From positions 1 to 15,256 of the forward strand of contig JAFGOA010000191.1 in the NCBI GenBank assembly GCA_016926735.1: 15,256 nucleotides of DNA. Reading direction: 5' to 3'. Position numbers and translations under genes: made by a program. The DNA is from Promethearchaeota archaeon. GTDB taxonomy: Archaea > Asgardarchaeota > Lokiarchaeia > Sigyniarchaeales > SOKP01. Of this stretch, positions 1 to 7,723 are shown one piece after another (positions within the stretch are counted from its first letter, which is position 1; each line of letters opens with the position of its first letter). The notes under the pieces are model-generated. The model had not been told where the DNA came from and did no database searches. It saw only the letters and a program-made list of their open reading frames with translations.

Positions 1-2
1 CC

Positions 3-701
3 TTCACCAAGATCAAATGTTTGATTAAATGCAATTCTATATGTATTAATCTCATCTATATCTTGAGTACTTACTTCAATATAGAATTGAGCCCAATCAT
101 ATATCTCATATTGATTAATATTAACTCCATTTCTTGCCTCTAGATCTCCTGGACAATCTATATTCAAATCTACTGAAGCATTAATTTCTGCAACAAGACT
201 TGCAGATGTTATCTGATAATCTGACATATCTACCGGTAAACTTACATTATATCTCCAATGAATTCTAGGTGTATTTTCTGGTTGTTCTCCTTCATCTTCA
301 TGCCATGTATGACTACACCACGCTCCATATTGATCTACTCCAAATCCATCATCTGGTAATATGACTAATGAGGTTTTATTAAATGATTCCCATTGCGTAT
401 ATGTTGTAGAGTTCAATGTAACCCTTTCAGAATAAGATTCTCCAATTACCTTCATGTTAGCTTTTCCTTCTGTTATAGAATCTTCTATATCATCAAGAGG
501 GCTATCAGAATCTAAAGTAAAAACCCAATTACTTGCAGTATCGAAATTTGAATTTGTTAACCATTGACTATTATAAGGAACAATTGCACTATTTTTTATA
601 TCTTGATTTGCCGATATAATTGGAATAATTGGTATGATGAAAAATAATCCAAATATGACTGCAAATAATGATCTTTTAAAATTTTGTATTTTCATTTTCA
701 T
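3..701 (-). CDS. Secreted/cell-surface glycoprotein, N-terminal part (runs off the left edge; not in the ORF track)
   Basis: Manual translation from ATG at 701 (alternative ATG at 695) gives 233 stop-free codons: MKMKIQNFKRSLFAVIFGLFFIIPIIPIISANQDIKNSAIVPYNSQWLTNSNFDTASNW... It has a basic N-region, a hydrophobic stretch and an ISA|N-like cleavage site. The mature part is acidic and beta-rich with 5 N-x-S/T sequons (NST, NKT, NVS, NAS, NQT). Confidence 0.85.
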   Translation of the reverse strand, partial: MKMKIQNFKRSLFAVIFGLFFIIPIIPIISANQDIKNSAIVPYNSQWLTNSNFDTASNWVFTLDSDSPLDDIEDSITEGKANMKVIGESYSERVTLNSTTYTQWESFNKTSLVILPDDGFGVDQYGAWCSHTWHEDEGEQPENTPRIHWRYNVSLPVDMSDYQITSASLVAEINASVDLNIDCPGDLEARNGVNINQYEIYDWAQFYIEVSTQDIDEINTYRIAFNQTFDLGE

Positions 702-1066
702 TCGTTTAAAAAAGTATTAATAATAAATTAAGGAAAAGTTAGTTTTTAATTTATTCCTTTTTTTTTAATATTTATTTTGTTAAGTAAAAGAATAATTTAT
801 ACTAATAATTTAAAAATTAAACTTATCAGATTCATACTAAATAAAATATCATCTAATTCTTGAGATAAAAAAATAATTATAAATTTTATTGTGATTAATT
901 GCAAAATATTTTCAGATAAATAATATAGGTGGATTTTAATTATCTATTACTAAAATTTGGTTTTAAATTTAAAGAATAATTATATCTTAAAAAAAAAAAA
1001 ACGAGGAATAATTATATAAACTATAGTAAATTAATTTCTATTAAAAAAAATTTTGAGGGGCTAGTC
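702..1066. promoter_or_regulatory. Divergent intergenic promoter region
   Basis: 365-bp extremely AT-rich gap between divergent starts (701 on -, 1067 on +). SD-like GAGGGG at 1055-1060 precedes the TTG at 1067. Individual TATA boxes cannot be picked out of the AT-rich background. Confidence 0.55.
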
Positions 1067-2320
1067 TTGATAAAAGGAATAATAACGTTTTCATTTAATT
1101 TGAACCAAAAAGAGACAGGTGAGATTGAACCTGAATTTAGACCTATTCAATCGCAATTTCTAGCTGAAGATGTTGATGAAAATTATTATAAACAATTAGT
1201 AGTAGAAAATGATATTTTTGCAATGTATTATCAACATACAACTGGACTTAGTGGCGTTTCTGTTGAACATTCCAATTTTTTCAATGGAAGGCTTAAAGAA
1301 ACACCATATCAAATAATGTCATATTTTAAGCAAGTTTCTGATGGTTCTCAATATTTAACTTTTTCAATTTTTGAATTAGATGATGAAATAGAAATATACA
1401 ATGATATCATAAAGGATATGGGATATCGTTTAGGAGATATTTTTGAAAAATTCTCTGAAGCCAGAAAAGCAAAGCAATTAGAATTAATAACAAATTTGCA
1501 AATTAGATTAAAAAATGAACTAAAATATTCTATTTTCCAAATAGAGCGATTATCGAATTTAACAAATCTTCAGAAAATTGCTCTGATATATAACAATGAA
1601 TTGAGATTGTATATTTTGGAGGTTTTAAGAAAATTTCCAATCTCTAGTACAGAACTGAGAAGAGAAATCCAACAGATCAAACCTGATGCGAATTTAGATA
1701 TTTTATTGCATCCTTTCATAGAATTAAACCTAGTAAGAAGGGATTGGATTGAAGGAGAGCGAAATAAAGAAACAGGAATTATAAAAAATCAAGGAGAATA
1801 TCTTTTTTTAGTAAAGGATGTTATGTTTGCAAGAGTTCCAAATGAAAAACTTTTAAATCATTTAAAAGAAACTAAAAATGAATTATATGATATCTATAAT
1901 AGAGAGGTAATTAAATATTTTACAAAGTATGATCCTTTCGAGGAATCTACAAAAAATACCCAAAAAATTGCTTCAATGTTTTTGAATCCAGATATTTATG
2001 ATTTTTTTGTATTGATGAGAAATAATTTCTATGCAAAAGATAAAATACCAAAGATTTTTTCTGAATTCGCAGTAACAGATGTATTAATTAATGATCTGAA
2101 AGAAATTGAAGTTTTAACTGAGATTTCTGATAATGATGATAGAAAATGGCTTCTATTACTAACAGATATTAAACCAATGGTAATATTTCCTGAATTTATG
2201 CTTCCAAAAATCAGAGCTTTTTATAAACAGAACTCTAATAAAGGAAAATTGCAATATCAAATTGCAAAAAAAGCATATGATTTATTAGAATTAACATATC
2301 CAGAAAAAATGGAGTTTTAA
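1067..2320 (+). CDS. Hypothetical protein: N-terminal longin-like domain plus two duplicated winged-helix-like repeats
   Basis: 417-aa ORF with TTG start and an upstream GAGGGG. Residues ~1-160 show a beta-beta-alpha-beta-beta-beta-alpha-alpha pattern. An internal repeat with 130-aa offset is visible (QKIA at aa 169 and 299). RLYILEVLRKFPISSTELRREI...LDILLHPFIELNLV is an ArsR/wHTH-like pattern. The ORF is secure; the domain calls are by eye. Confidence 0.6.
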   Translation: MIKGIITFSFNLNQKETGEIEPEFRPIQSQFLAEDVDENYYKQLVVENDIFAMYYQHTTGLSGVSVEHSNFFNGRLKETPYQIMSYFKQVSDGSQYLTFSIFELDDEIEIYNDIIKDMGYRLGDIFEKFSEARKAKQLELITNLQIRLKNELKYSIFQIERLSNLTNLQKIALIYNNELRLYILEVLRKFPISSTELRREIQQIKPDANLDILLHPFIELNLVRRDWIEGERNKETGIIKNQGEYLFLVKDVMFARVPNEKLLNHLKETKNELYDIYNREVIKYFTKYDPFEESTKNTQKIASMFLNPDIYDFFVLMRNNFYAKDKIPKIFSEFAVTDVLINDLKEIEVLTEISDNDDRKWLLLLTDIKPMVIFPEFMLPKIRAFYKQNSNKGKLQYQIAKKAYDLLELTYPEKMEF

Positions 2321-2345
2321 TAAAAAATAGAGAGATGAAAAAAAT

Positions 2346-4610
2346 ATGTATTTATTTGAGAAAGAAAAAATAAGAGAAATTTCTATTAAATGTAAGCTGT
2401 GTTTAGAAGAAGTAAAGTTCAAAGTATCAATGGATGAATATAGAAATACAAAGAAATTTCCTATAAAAAAAGAAAATGTACATGGTGATCCAAAACACAA
2501 AATAATAGTTTCTATTAATAAAAATTTAGAGATTGATAATTTTAAAATCGAAAATTTGTCTGAAAAAGAAGCTACTGCCGTAGTTGCTAATGAGTTAACT
2601 AAACAAGTTCTGCATGATATTGGATTATCCGACGTAGAGATTGAGCTCTATTTAAAAAGCACTGGACGAGATGCAATATCTCTTGGAGAAATGGCAATCT
2701 TAATAAATAAACCAAAAGAAGATTGTAAATCAATAGCTTTAAAATTTGTAGAAAAGGGATTATTTAAAGAAATAATAGGAGCAACACCACATTATACTCC
2801 TTTACCTCCATACGCAGCTCTTTTAGCTCAGTTAAAAGATTTTCATTCTTACATTTCCAATATTAAAGATGTACTACCAACTGAAGTCGATAAATCCTTT
2901 CAAGAATTTGAATCAAGTTCTGCTGATAAATCTAAAATAAAGGAAGCTGAAGGATTGATTCATGACATAAGAGATAATATGTTAACAAAAATTGATTTAA
3001 AAGAAGGAGATTTAAAAGTAGATACTTCTGTATTACAACAAGTTAAAGATATAACTAAAGATCTTGGTAATGTTGAAGGAATGACTCAAGGGCTTGTAAC
3101 TAAACAAATTGATGAGATGAAAAAACAATTTGAAACAATAAATTCAAAATCTGCCGAGATAATTCAAGCTCAAGTTGATGAACTTAGTGGACGTCTAAGT
3201 AGAATGAAAGAAACCATTTCTAATAACTTAGGAAAATTGAAATTAGGTGTAGTTCAATCTTCTGTTAATCAATTAGTTGAAAAAATTGTATCTAATAGTA
3301 TGAAAGAAATTCAAGATGGGTTAGATGTTCAACTGAGTGTAAATGAAATGGTATTTAGTGAAGAATTAAATGATACAATAGGAAATCTAGATAAAGAATT
3401 TACAAATAAATTCAAAGACTCTATTGAAGGTGCTCTTAAGGGATTAGATGGTATGTCTATTCAAACAACAGGAGATACTCAAGCAATATTTGATAAATTA
3501 GGAGGTCAATTTTCAGAAGCAGTAAAAGTTGCGGAGGATAAAATTAATGCAATTTATGGTGATGTTATAAAATCTCTTGGTGGAGTTAAAGAATTAATTA
3601 CCCAACGAGTTATTAATACAATCGACAGCACACTTGCTAAAATCTTGAAAAAATTAGAAATGCAGGAGAGTATGACAGAGGAATTTTGGGATCAGGCTAA
3701 AAAAGTATCAACTCTGACTATGAAAGATATTTGGTTTATAAGATCTCCAGAGGCTGCAAAAGCTCATATTATAGAGGAATTATCAAGAGCTAAAATGAGA
3801 ATTCTCATTGTAGCTCCTGAAATTACAGATATTGATTTGGAAGCTATCAAAGAAAGACCATCACGAATAAACATAAGGATCGCAGCTTCTATTGATGTAG
3901 GAAATCCCGAACATAAACAAATACTTAACGAACTAGATAAGCTTGGAAATGTTCAATATAGAGATAGGGGATTAAAAAACTTATGGGGTATTAATAAAGA
4001 CTATGAAGAAGTAATTTTATGTGTTCTTTCGAAAATTGACATCGCGGGAGTATCTAGAACTGAAATCGCAGGAATTGGAAGTATTATTGAAGAGCATATT
4101 AAGATCTTTGTACCTATCTTAGAGGATGCATGGGTCGGTGCACAAAAACATATTGCGCATACTAAAAAGAAGTCATCTAAATCTGAAGCACCTATTCCAA
4201 TAGGCCTTACCAGAGAAACTACTGAAGGATTAATAGAGGAACCAAAAAATCGATTACCACCATTAGAAATAAAACCTACCGAAAAACCACAAATAGAACC
4301 AGAAGTACCTAAAAAACCCGTTGAAAAAGTGACACCTAAAAAAAATATTGTTACTGAAATAAGTGATCTAAAAAAATTATATGATGAAATTTTAGCATCA
4401 ATGGATGATATGAATAACGATGAATTAGCAAGTGAATTAGAACTATTTCATAATAGTTATATAAAGATTATAGGATATAACAATACTATAAAACAAATTT
4501 TTAAAAAAACAGATGCTTTGAAAGCTAAAGATGATGTTATGAGTAAAATGGATAAAGTAAGTTTTAAAAAATTTCTAACTGGTTGGAAAAAGAACTTAGA
4601 TCTACTATAA
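2346..4610 (+). CDS. Multidomain TrmB-like protein (CxxC/H/H module, TrmB-type wHTH, long helical region, PLD-like domain, Pro-rich linker, helical bundle)
   Basis: 754 aa. Putative metal ligands C16-x2-C19, H46 and H51. Residues ~86-160 (LHDIGLSDVEIELYL...SLGEMA...FVEKGLF...YTPLPP) match the TrmB N-terminal wHTH pattern. Residues ~460-601 (IWFIRSPEAAKAHIIEELSRAKMRILIVAP...INIRI...KDYEEVIL...LEDAW) match the TrmB C-terminal PLD-like fold pattern. Confidence 0.7.
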   Translation: MYLFEKEKIREISIKCKLCLEEVKFKVSMDEYRNTKKFPIKKENVHGDPKHKIIVSINKNLEIDNFKIENLSEKEATAVVANELTKQVLHDIGLSDVEIELYLKSTGRDAISLGEMAILINKPKEDCKSIALKFVEKGLFKEIIGATPHYTPLPPYAALLAQLKDFHSYISNIKDVLPTEVDKSFQEFESSSADKSKIKEAEGLIHDIRDNMLTKIDLKEGDLKVDTSVLQQVKDITKDLGNVEGMTQGLVTKQIDEMKKQFETINSKSAEIIQAQVDELSGRLSRMKETISNNLGKLKLGVVQSSVNQLVEKIVSNSMKEIQDGLDVQLSVNEMVFSEELNDTIGNLDKEFTNKFKDSIEGALKGLDGMSIQTTGDTQAIFDKLGGQFSEAVKVAEDKINAIYGDVIKSLGGVKELITQRVINTIDSTLAKILKKLEMQESMTEEFWDQAKKVSTLTMKDIWFIRSPEAAKAHIIEELSRAKMRILIVAPEITDIDLEAIKERPSRINIRIAASIDVGNPEHKQILNELDKLGNVQYRDRGLKNLWGINKDYEEVILCVLSKIDIAGVSRTEIAGIGSIIEEHIKIFVPILEDAWVGAQKHIAHTKKKSSKSEAPIPIGLTRETTEGLIEEPKNRLPPLEIKPTEKPQIEPEVPKKPVEKVTPKKNIVTEISDLKKLYDEILASMDDMNNDELASELELFHNSYIKIIGYNNTIKQIFKKTDALKAKDDVMSKMDKVSFKKFLTGWKKNLDLL

Positions 4611-4626
4611 TTTATTTAAAACAATC

Positions 4627-4634
4627 TTTTTTTT
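4627..4634 (+). terminator. Putative archaeal oligo-T terminator
   Basis: T8 tract starting 17 nt after the stop codon at 4610. The AT-rich background limits confidence. Confidence 0.35.
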
Positions 4635-4727
4635 ATTAAATATTTCTTATTATTATTATTAGACTTAAATTTTATTAGAATATAAAAAACGCAAAAATTT
4701 CTTAATCTTTACTATATATTAAATTTT

Positions 4728-5936
4728 ATGAATGAAGTAATTGAAAATTGCGATGTTTGCATAGTTGGAGCTAGTATTTCTGGAAATTACCTTGCATATC
4801 TTTTATCAAGTTCTAATTTAAAAATAATTATAATTGAAGAACATTCAAAAATAGGAATACCTTTTCAATGTGCCGGTATTATATCAAAAAAACTTACTAA
4901 ACTTATTGATTTACCAAATTACATTATTTTAAATAGAGTAAAAATCGCAAAATTAATCTCTCCTTCAAATAACATTCTAAAATTATCAGGTAATGAAGAA
5001 CCATATATAGTAGATAGAATTGCATTGGATCAACTCTTCTATAAGAAAACAGAAAACAATCCGAATATTACTTATTTTTTGGGAGAGAAATTTAAATCAT
5101 TCCAATATCTAAAATATAAAAAAATCAAAAATAAAAAGATAGAAATTAGGACATCAAAAAGAAAAATAATAGCTAGTTTATTGATAGGATGTGATGGTCC
5201 ATTAAGTTTAGTAGGAAAATGCTTGGGAAGATATAATAACATTATTTATGCGACCCAAATCCGAATAAAAGGATCTTTTAATGAAAATGAAGCTCTGATG
5301 TATTTTGATGAGAAATGGAATGATCTTTTTGGTTGGATTGTTCCAGAAGGAAAACAGATTTTTAGAATAGGTTTGGCGTCCACAGAAGAGCCTATGAAGA
5401 AATTTAATAAATTTTTAAAAAGAATTAATATCGATAGTAGTAATAAAATTGATCATCAAGGAGGAATTATTCCTATTGGTATAATGAATAAAATATCTTA
5501 TGATAATATTCTATTAGTTGGAGACTCTGCTTGTCAAGTTAAAGCAACTACAGGTGGAGGTGTTATTATGCTTTTAATTGCTGCTAAATATGCATCAAAT
5601 TGTATAATAAATTGCTTTAAACATAATAAATTCTCAAAAAAAATCATTCTTAAATATTATCATAAACCATGTTATAATATAATTGGAAAGGAATTGAAAA
5701 TACATTATATAATTCGTTTATTTTTAAAACACTTAAAAAATCAAGATTTAGATGAATTATTTACAATTATTAATAATAGTAAAATTAAGGATTTAATATC
5801 TTTTTATGGTGATATGGATTTTCCAAAAAAAATATTGTTTAAATTACTAAAGAATCCTTATATAATTAAATTTTTATTGAAGATATTAATTAAAAATCCA
5901 AAGTTATTCTCAAAAAGTATAATTTCTTTAAAATAG
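4728..5936 (+). CDS. Geranylgeranyl reductase family FAD-dependent oxidoreductase (digeranylgeranylglycerophospholipid reductase-like)
   Basis: N-terminal Rossmann motif DVCIVGASISG, then IGIPFQCAGIIS, DRIALDQ, GCDG, FGWIVP, LLVGDSACQVKATTGGGV and C-terminal YGDMDFP, all typical of archaeal GGR-family proteins. Confidence 0.88.
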   Translation: MNEVIENCDVCIVGASISGNYLAYLLSSSNLKIIIIEEHSKIGIPFQCAGIISKKLTKLIDLPNYIILNRVKIAKLISPSNNILKLSGNEEPYIVDRIALDQLFYKKTENNPNITYFLGEKFKSFQYLKYKKIKNKKIEIRTSKRKIIASLLIGCDGPLSLVGKCLGRYNNIIYATQIRIKGSFNENEALMYFDEKWNDLFGWIVPEGKQIFRIGLASTEEPMKKFNKFLKRINIDSSNKIDHQGGIIPIGIMNKISYDNILLVGDSACQVKATTGGGVIMLLIAAKYASNCIINCFKHNKFSKKIILKYYHKPCYNIIGKELKIHYIIRLFLKHLKNQDLDELFTIINNSKIKDLISFYGDMDFPKKILFKLLKNPYIIKFLLKILIKNPKLFSKSIISLK

Positions 5937-5955
5937 AATTATTTGTAGATTATTC

Positions 5956-6318
5956 TTAAGGTTGCCAAGAAATAAATGCGATTTCACCGCTAGTAAAAAT
6001 AAACCAAAAAAATATAAATCCAATCATTATAATATTGGAAATAACAGAGAAACGTTTTACACCTTTAGGAATTCCAAGATCATCGTTTTTTCTCTGAAAA
6101 ATAGCTCTAGCAGATGCTACAAAATATATTATTGCTACTAATAAACAAACAATCCATAGAAATAACATAAATAAACTTAAAGTATATATAGGCTCTCCAT
6201 TAAAAGTTAATTCATTTAGCCATACCCAATATTTAATTATCATATAAGTGGGAATCACACTATATATTAAACAAGTAATAAGAAGCGTAATACTCCATGA
6301 ATATCCTTTCCACGCCAT
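5956..6318 (-). CDS. Small integral membrane protein (about 3 TM helices), function unknown
   Basis: 120-aa ORF filling the gap convergently with the GGR gene. It has three hydrophobic segments (aa ~6-33, ~45-70, ~91-108) and a basic loop (QRKNDDLGIPKGVKR). Confidence 0.75.
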   Translation of the reverse strand: MAWKGYSWSITLLITCLIYSVIPTYMIIKYWVWLNELTFNGEPIYTLSLFMLFLWIVCLLVAIIYFVASARAIFQRKNDDLGIPKGVKRFSVISNIIMIGFIFFWFIFTSGEIAFISWQP

Positions 6319-6567
6319 ATTATGAATCGTTTTTCATCTATCTTTATTATGTTAAATCTATTATTCCTATTTATTTTTACGTTTCTGAATATTTATGAAC
6401 TTGTTTTTATATTTATTCATATTTCTTTTATTTTATAATATCTGTTAACCTAAAATATTTCTATTTTTACAACAGAATAACAATGGTAGTCCTTTAAAAT
6501 TAGAAAAATATAATTTAAGTATTACTTTAAAAGATCCTATCTTATAAAAGAACATACAATTTAGGTT

Positions 6568-7722
6568 TTGAAATTGGATTTTGAACTTTCTGAAAAACAT
6601 AAACTTGTTAGAAGAAGTGTTAGAACCTTTGCTGAAGATGTTCTGGGTCCATTGGCATCTATAATGGATCGAGAAGCACGATTTAGTTTGGAAGTTGCAA
6701 AAAAATTATCCAAGATTAATGCATGGGGATTACAACTACCACAAAATTACGGTGGTGCGGAGTTAGATTCTATTAGTTATGCTATTGCAATTGAAGAAAT
6801 ATCACGTATATGTGCATCAACAGGATTAACAATATCTGTTCATAACTCGGTCTCAGCTTATCCTATCTTAAAATTTGGATCAGTAGAACAAAAGGAGAAA
6901 TATCTTCCTAATTTAGCATCTGGGAAAAAAATTGGCGCTTTTGCTTGGACAGAACCTAATGCCGGATCAGATGCAGGCGCTATAGAATGTTTAGCTATAG
7001 AAGAGAATGATCATTTTATTTTAAATGGTTCAAAAATTTTTGTTACAAATGGAGGAATAGCTTCTACCTATTTGATAGGTGCCAAGTATCAAACCAAAGA
7101 TGATAAAAAAGGATATGTTGTATTTATATTAGATAAAGATATGAAAGGATTTGAAATCGGAGAACATGAGGATAAACTAGGTCTAAGAGGATCGAGTACA
7201 ACAAGTTTATATTTTCATGATATTTATGTCCCAAAAGAAAATATTTTAGGTCAACTTAATGATGGATTTAAAATTGGAATGCATGCATTAGATGTTGGAA
7301 GGATAGGAATCGCAGCTCAAGCACTTGGAATTGCTCAAGCAGCTTATGAACATTCAATTAATTATTCTAAAGGAAGAATCCAATTTAACAAACCAATATC
7401 TCAATTTCAAGGAATTTCTTTTAAATTAGCTGAAATGGCAACAAAGATAGATTCAGCAAGGTTATTGCTTTATAGAACCGCTTTTTTAAGAGATAAGGGA
7501 AGTAATTTTTCTAAAGAAACAGCAATGTCAAAATATTATGCAAGTTTTATCGCCAGAGATATTACACAAGAAGCTATTCAAATCCATGGTGGCTATGGTT
7601 ATATGAAGGATCTTCCTATAGAAAGATATTACCGAGATGCTAAAGTATGTGAAATTTATGAAGGTAGTAATGAAATAATGAAGTTTATTATATCTAGAGA
7701 AATTTTAAGAGGAAATCTATAA
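6568..7722 (+). CDS. Acyl-CoA dehydrogenase (short-chain/butyryl-CoA dehydrogenase-like)
   Basis: Motifs AFAWTEPNAGSDA, LNGSKIFVTNG, KLGLRGSST, LDVGRIGIAAQALG, RIQFNKPI, QIHGGYGY and YRDAKVCEIYEG (catalytic Glu at the SCAD/MCAD position). TTG start. Confidence 0.95.
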   Translation: MKLDFELSEKHKLVRRSVRTFAEDVLGPLASIMDREARFSLEVAKKLSKINAWGLQLPQNYGGAELDSISYAIAIEEISRICASTGLTISVHNSVSAYPILKFGSVEQKEKYLPNLASGKKIGAFAWTEPNAGSDAGAIECLAIEENDHFILNGSKIFVTNGGIASTYLIGAKYQTKDDKKGYVVFILDKDMKGFEIGEHEDKLGLRGSSTTSLYFHDIYVPKENILGQLNDGFKIGMHALDVGRIGIAAQALGIAQAAYEHSINYSKGRIQFNKPISQFQGISFKLAEMATKIDSARLLLYRTAFLRDKGSNFSKETAMSKYYASFIARDITQEAIQIHGGYGYMKDLPIERYYRDAKVCEIYEGSNEIMKFIISREILRGNL

Positions 7723-7723
7723 A

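Noticed and set aside
2291-2500. 69-aa minus-strand ORF
   Set aside because: Antisense shadow of two well-supported genes, with the F/S/L-rich composition expected from the reverse of Lys/Glu-rich codons.
3723-4148. Active phospholipase D/nuclease in the 754-aa protein
   Set aside because: No HxKxxxxD motif is present; only the fold pattern remains, as in TrmB effector domains.
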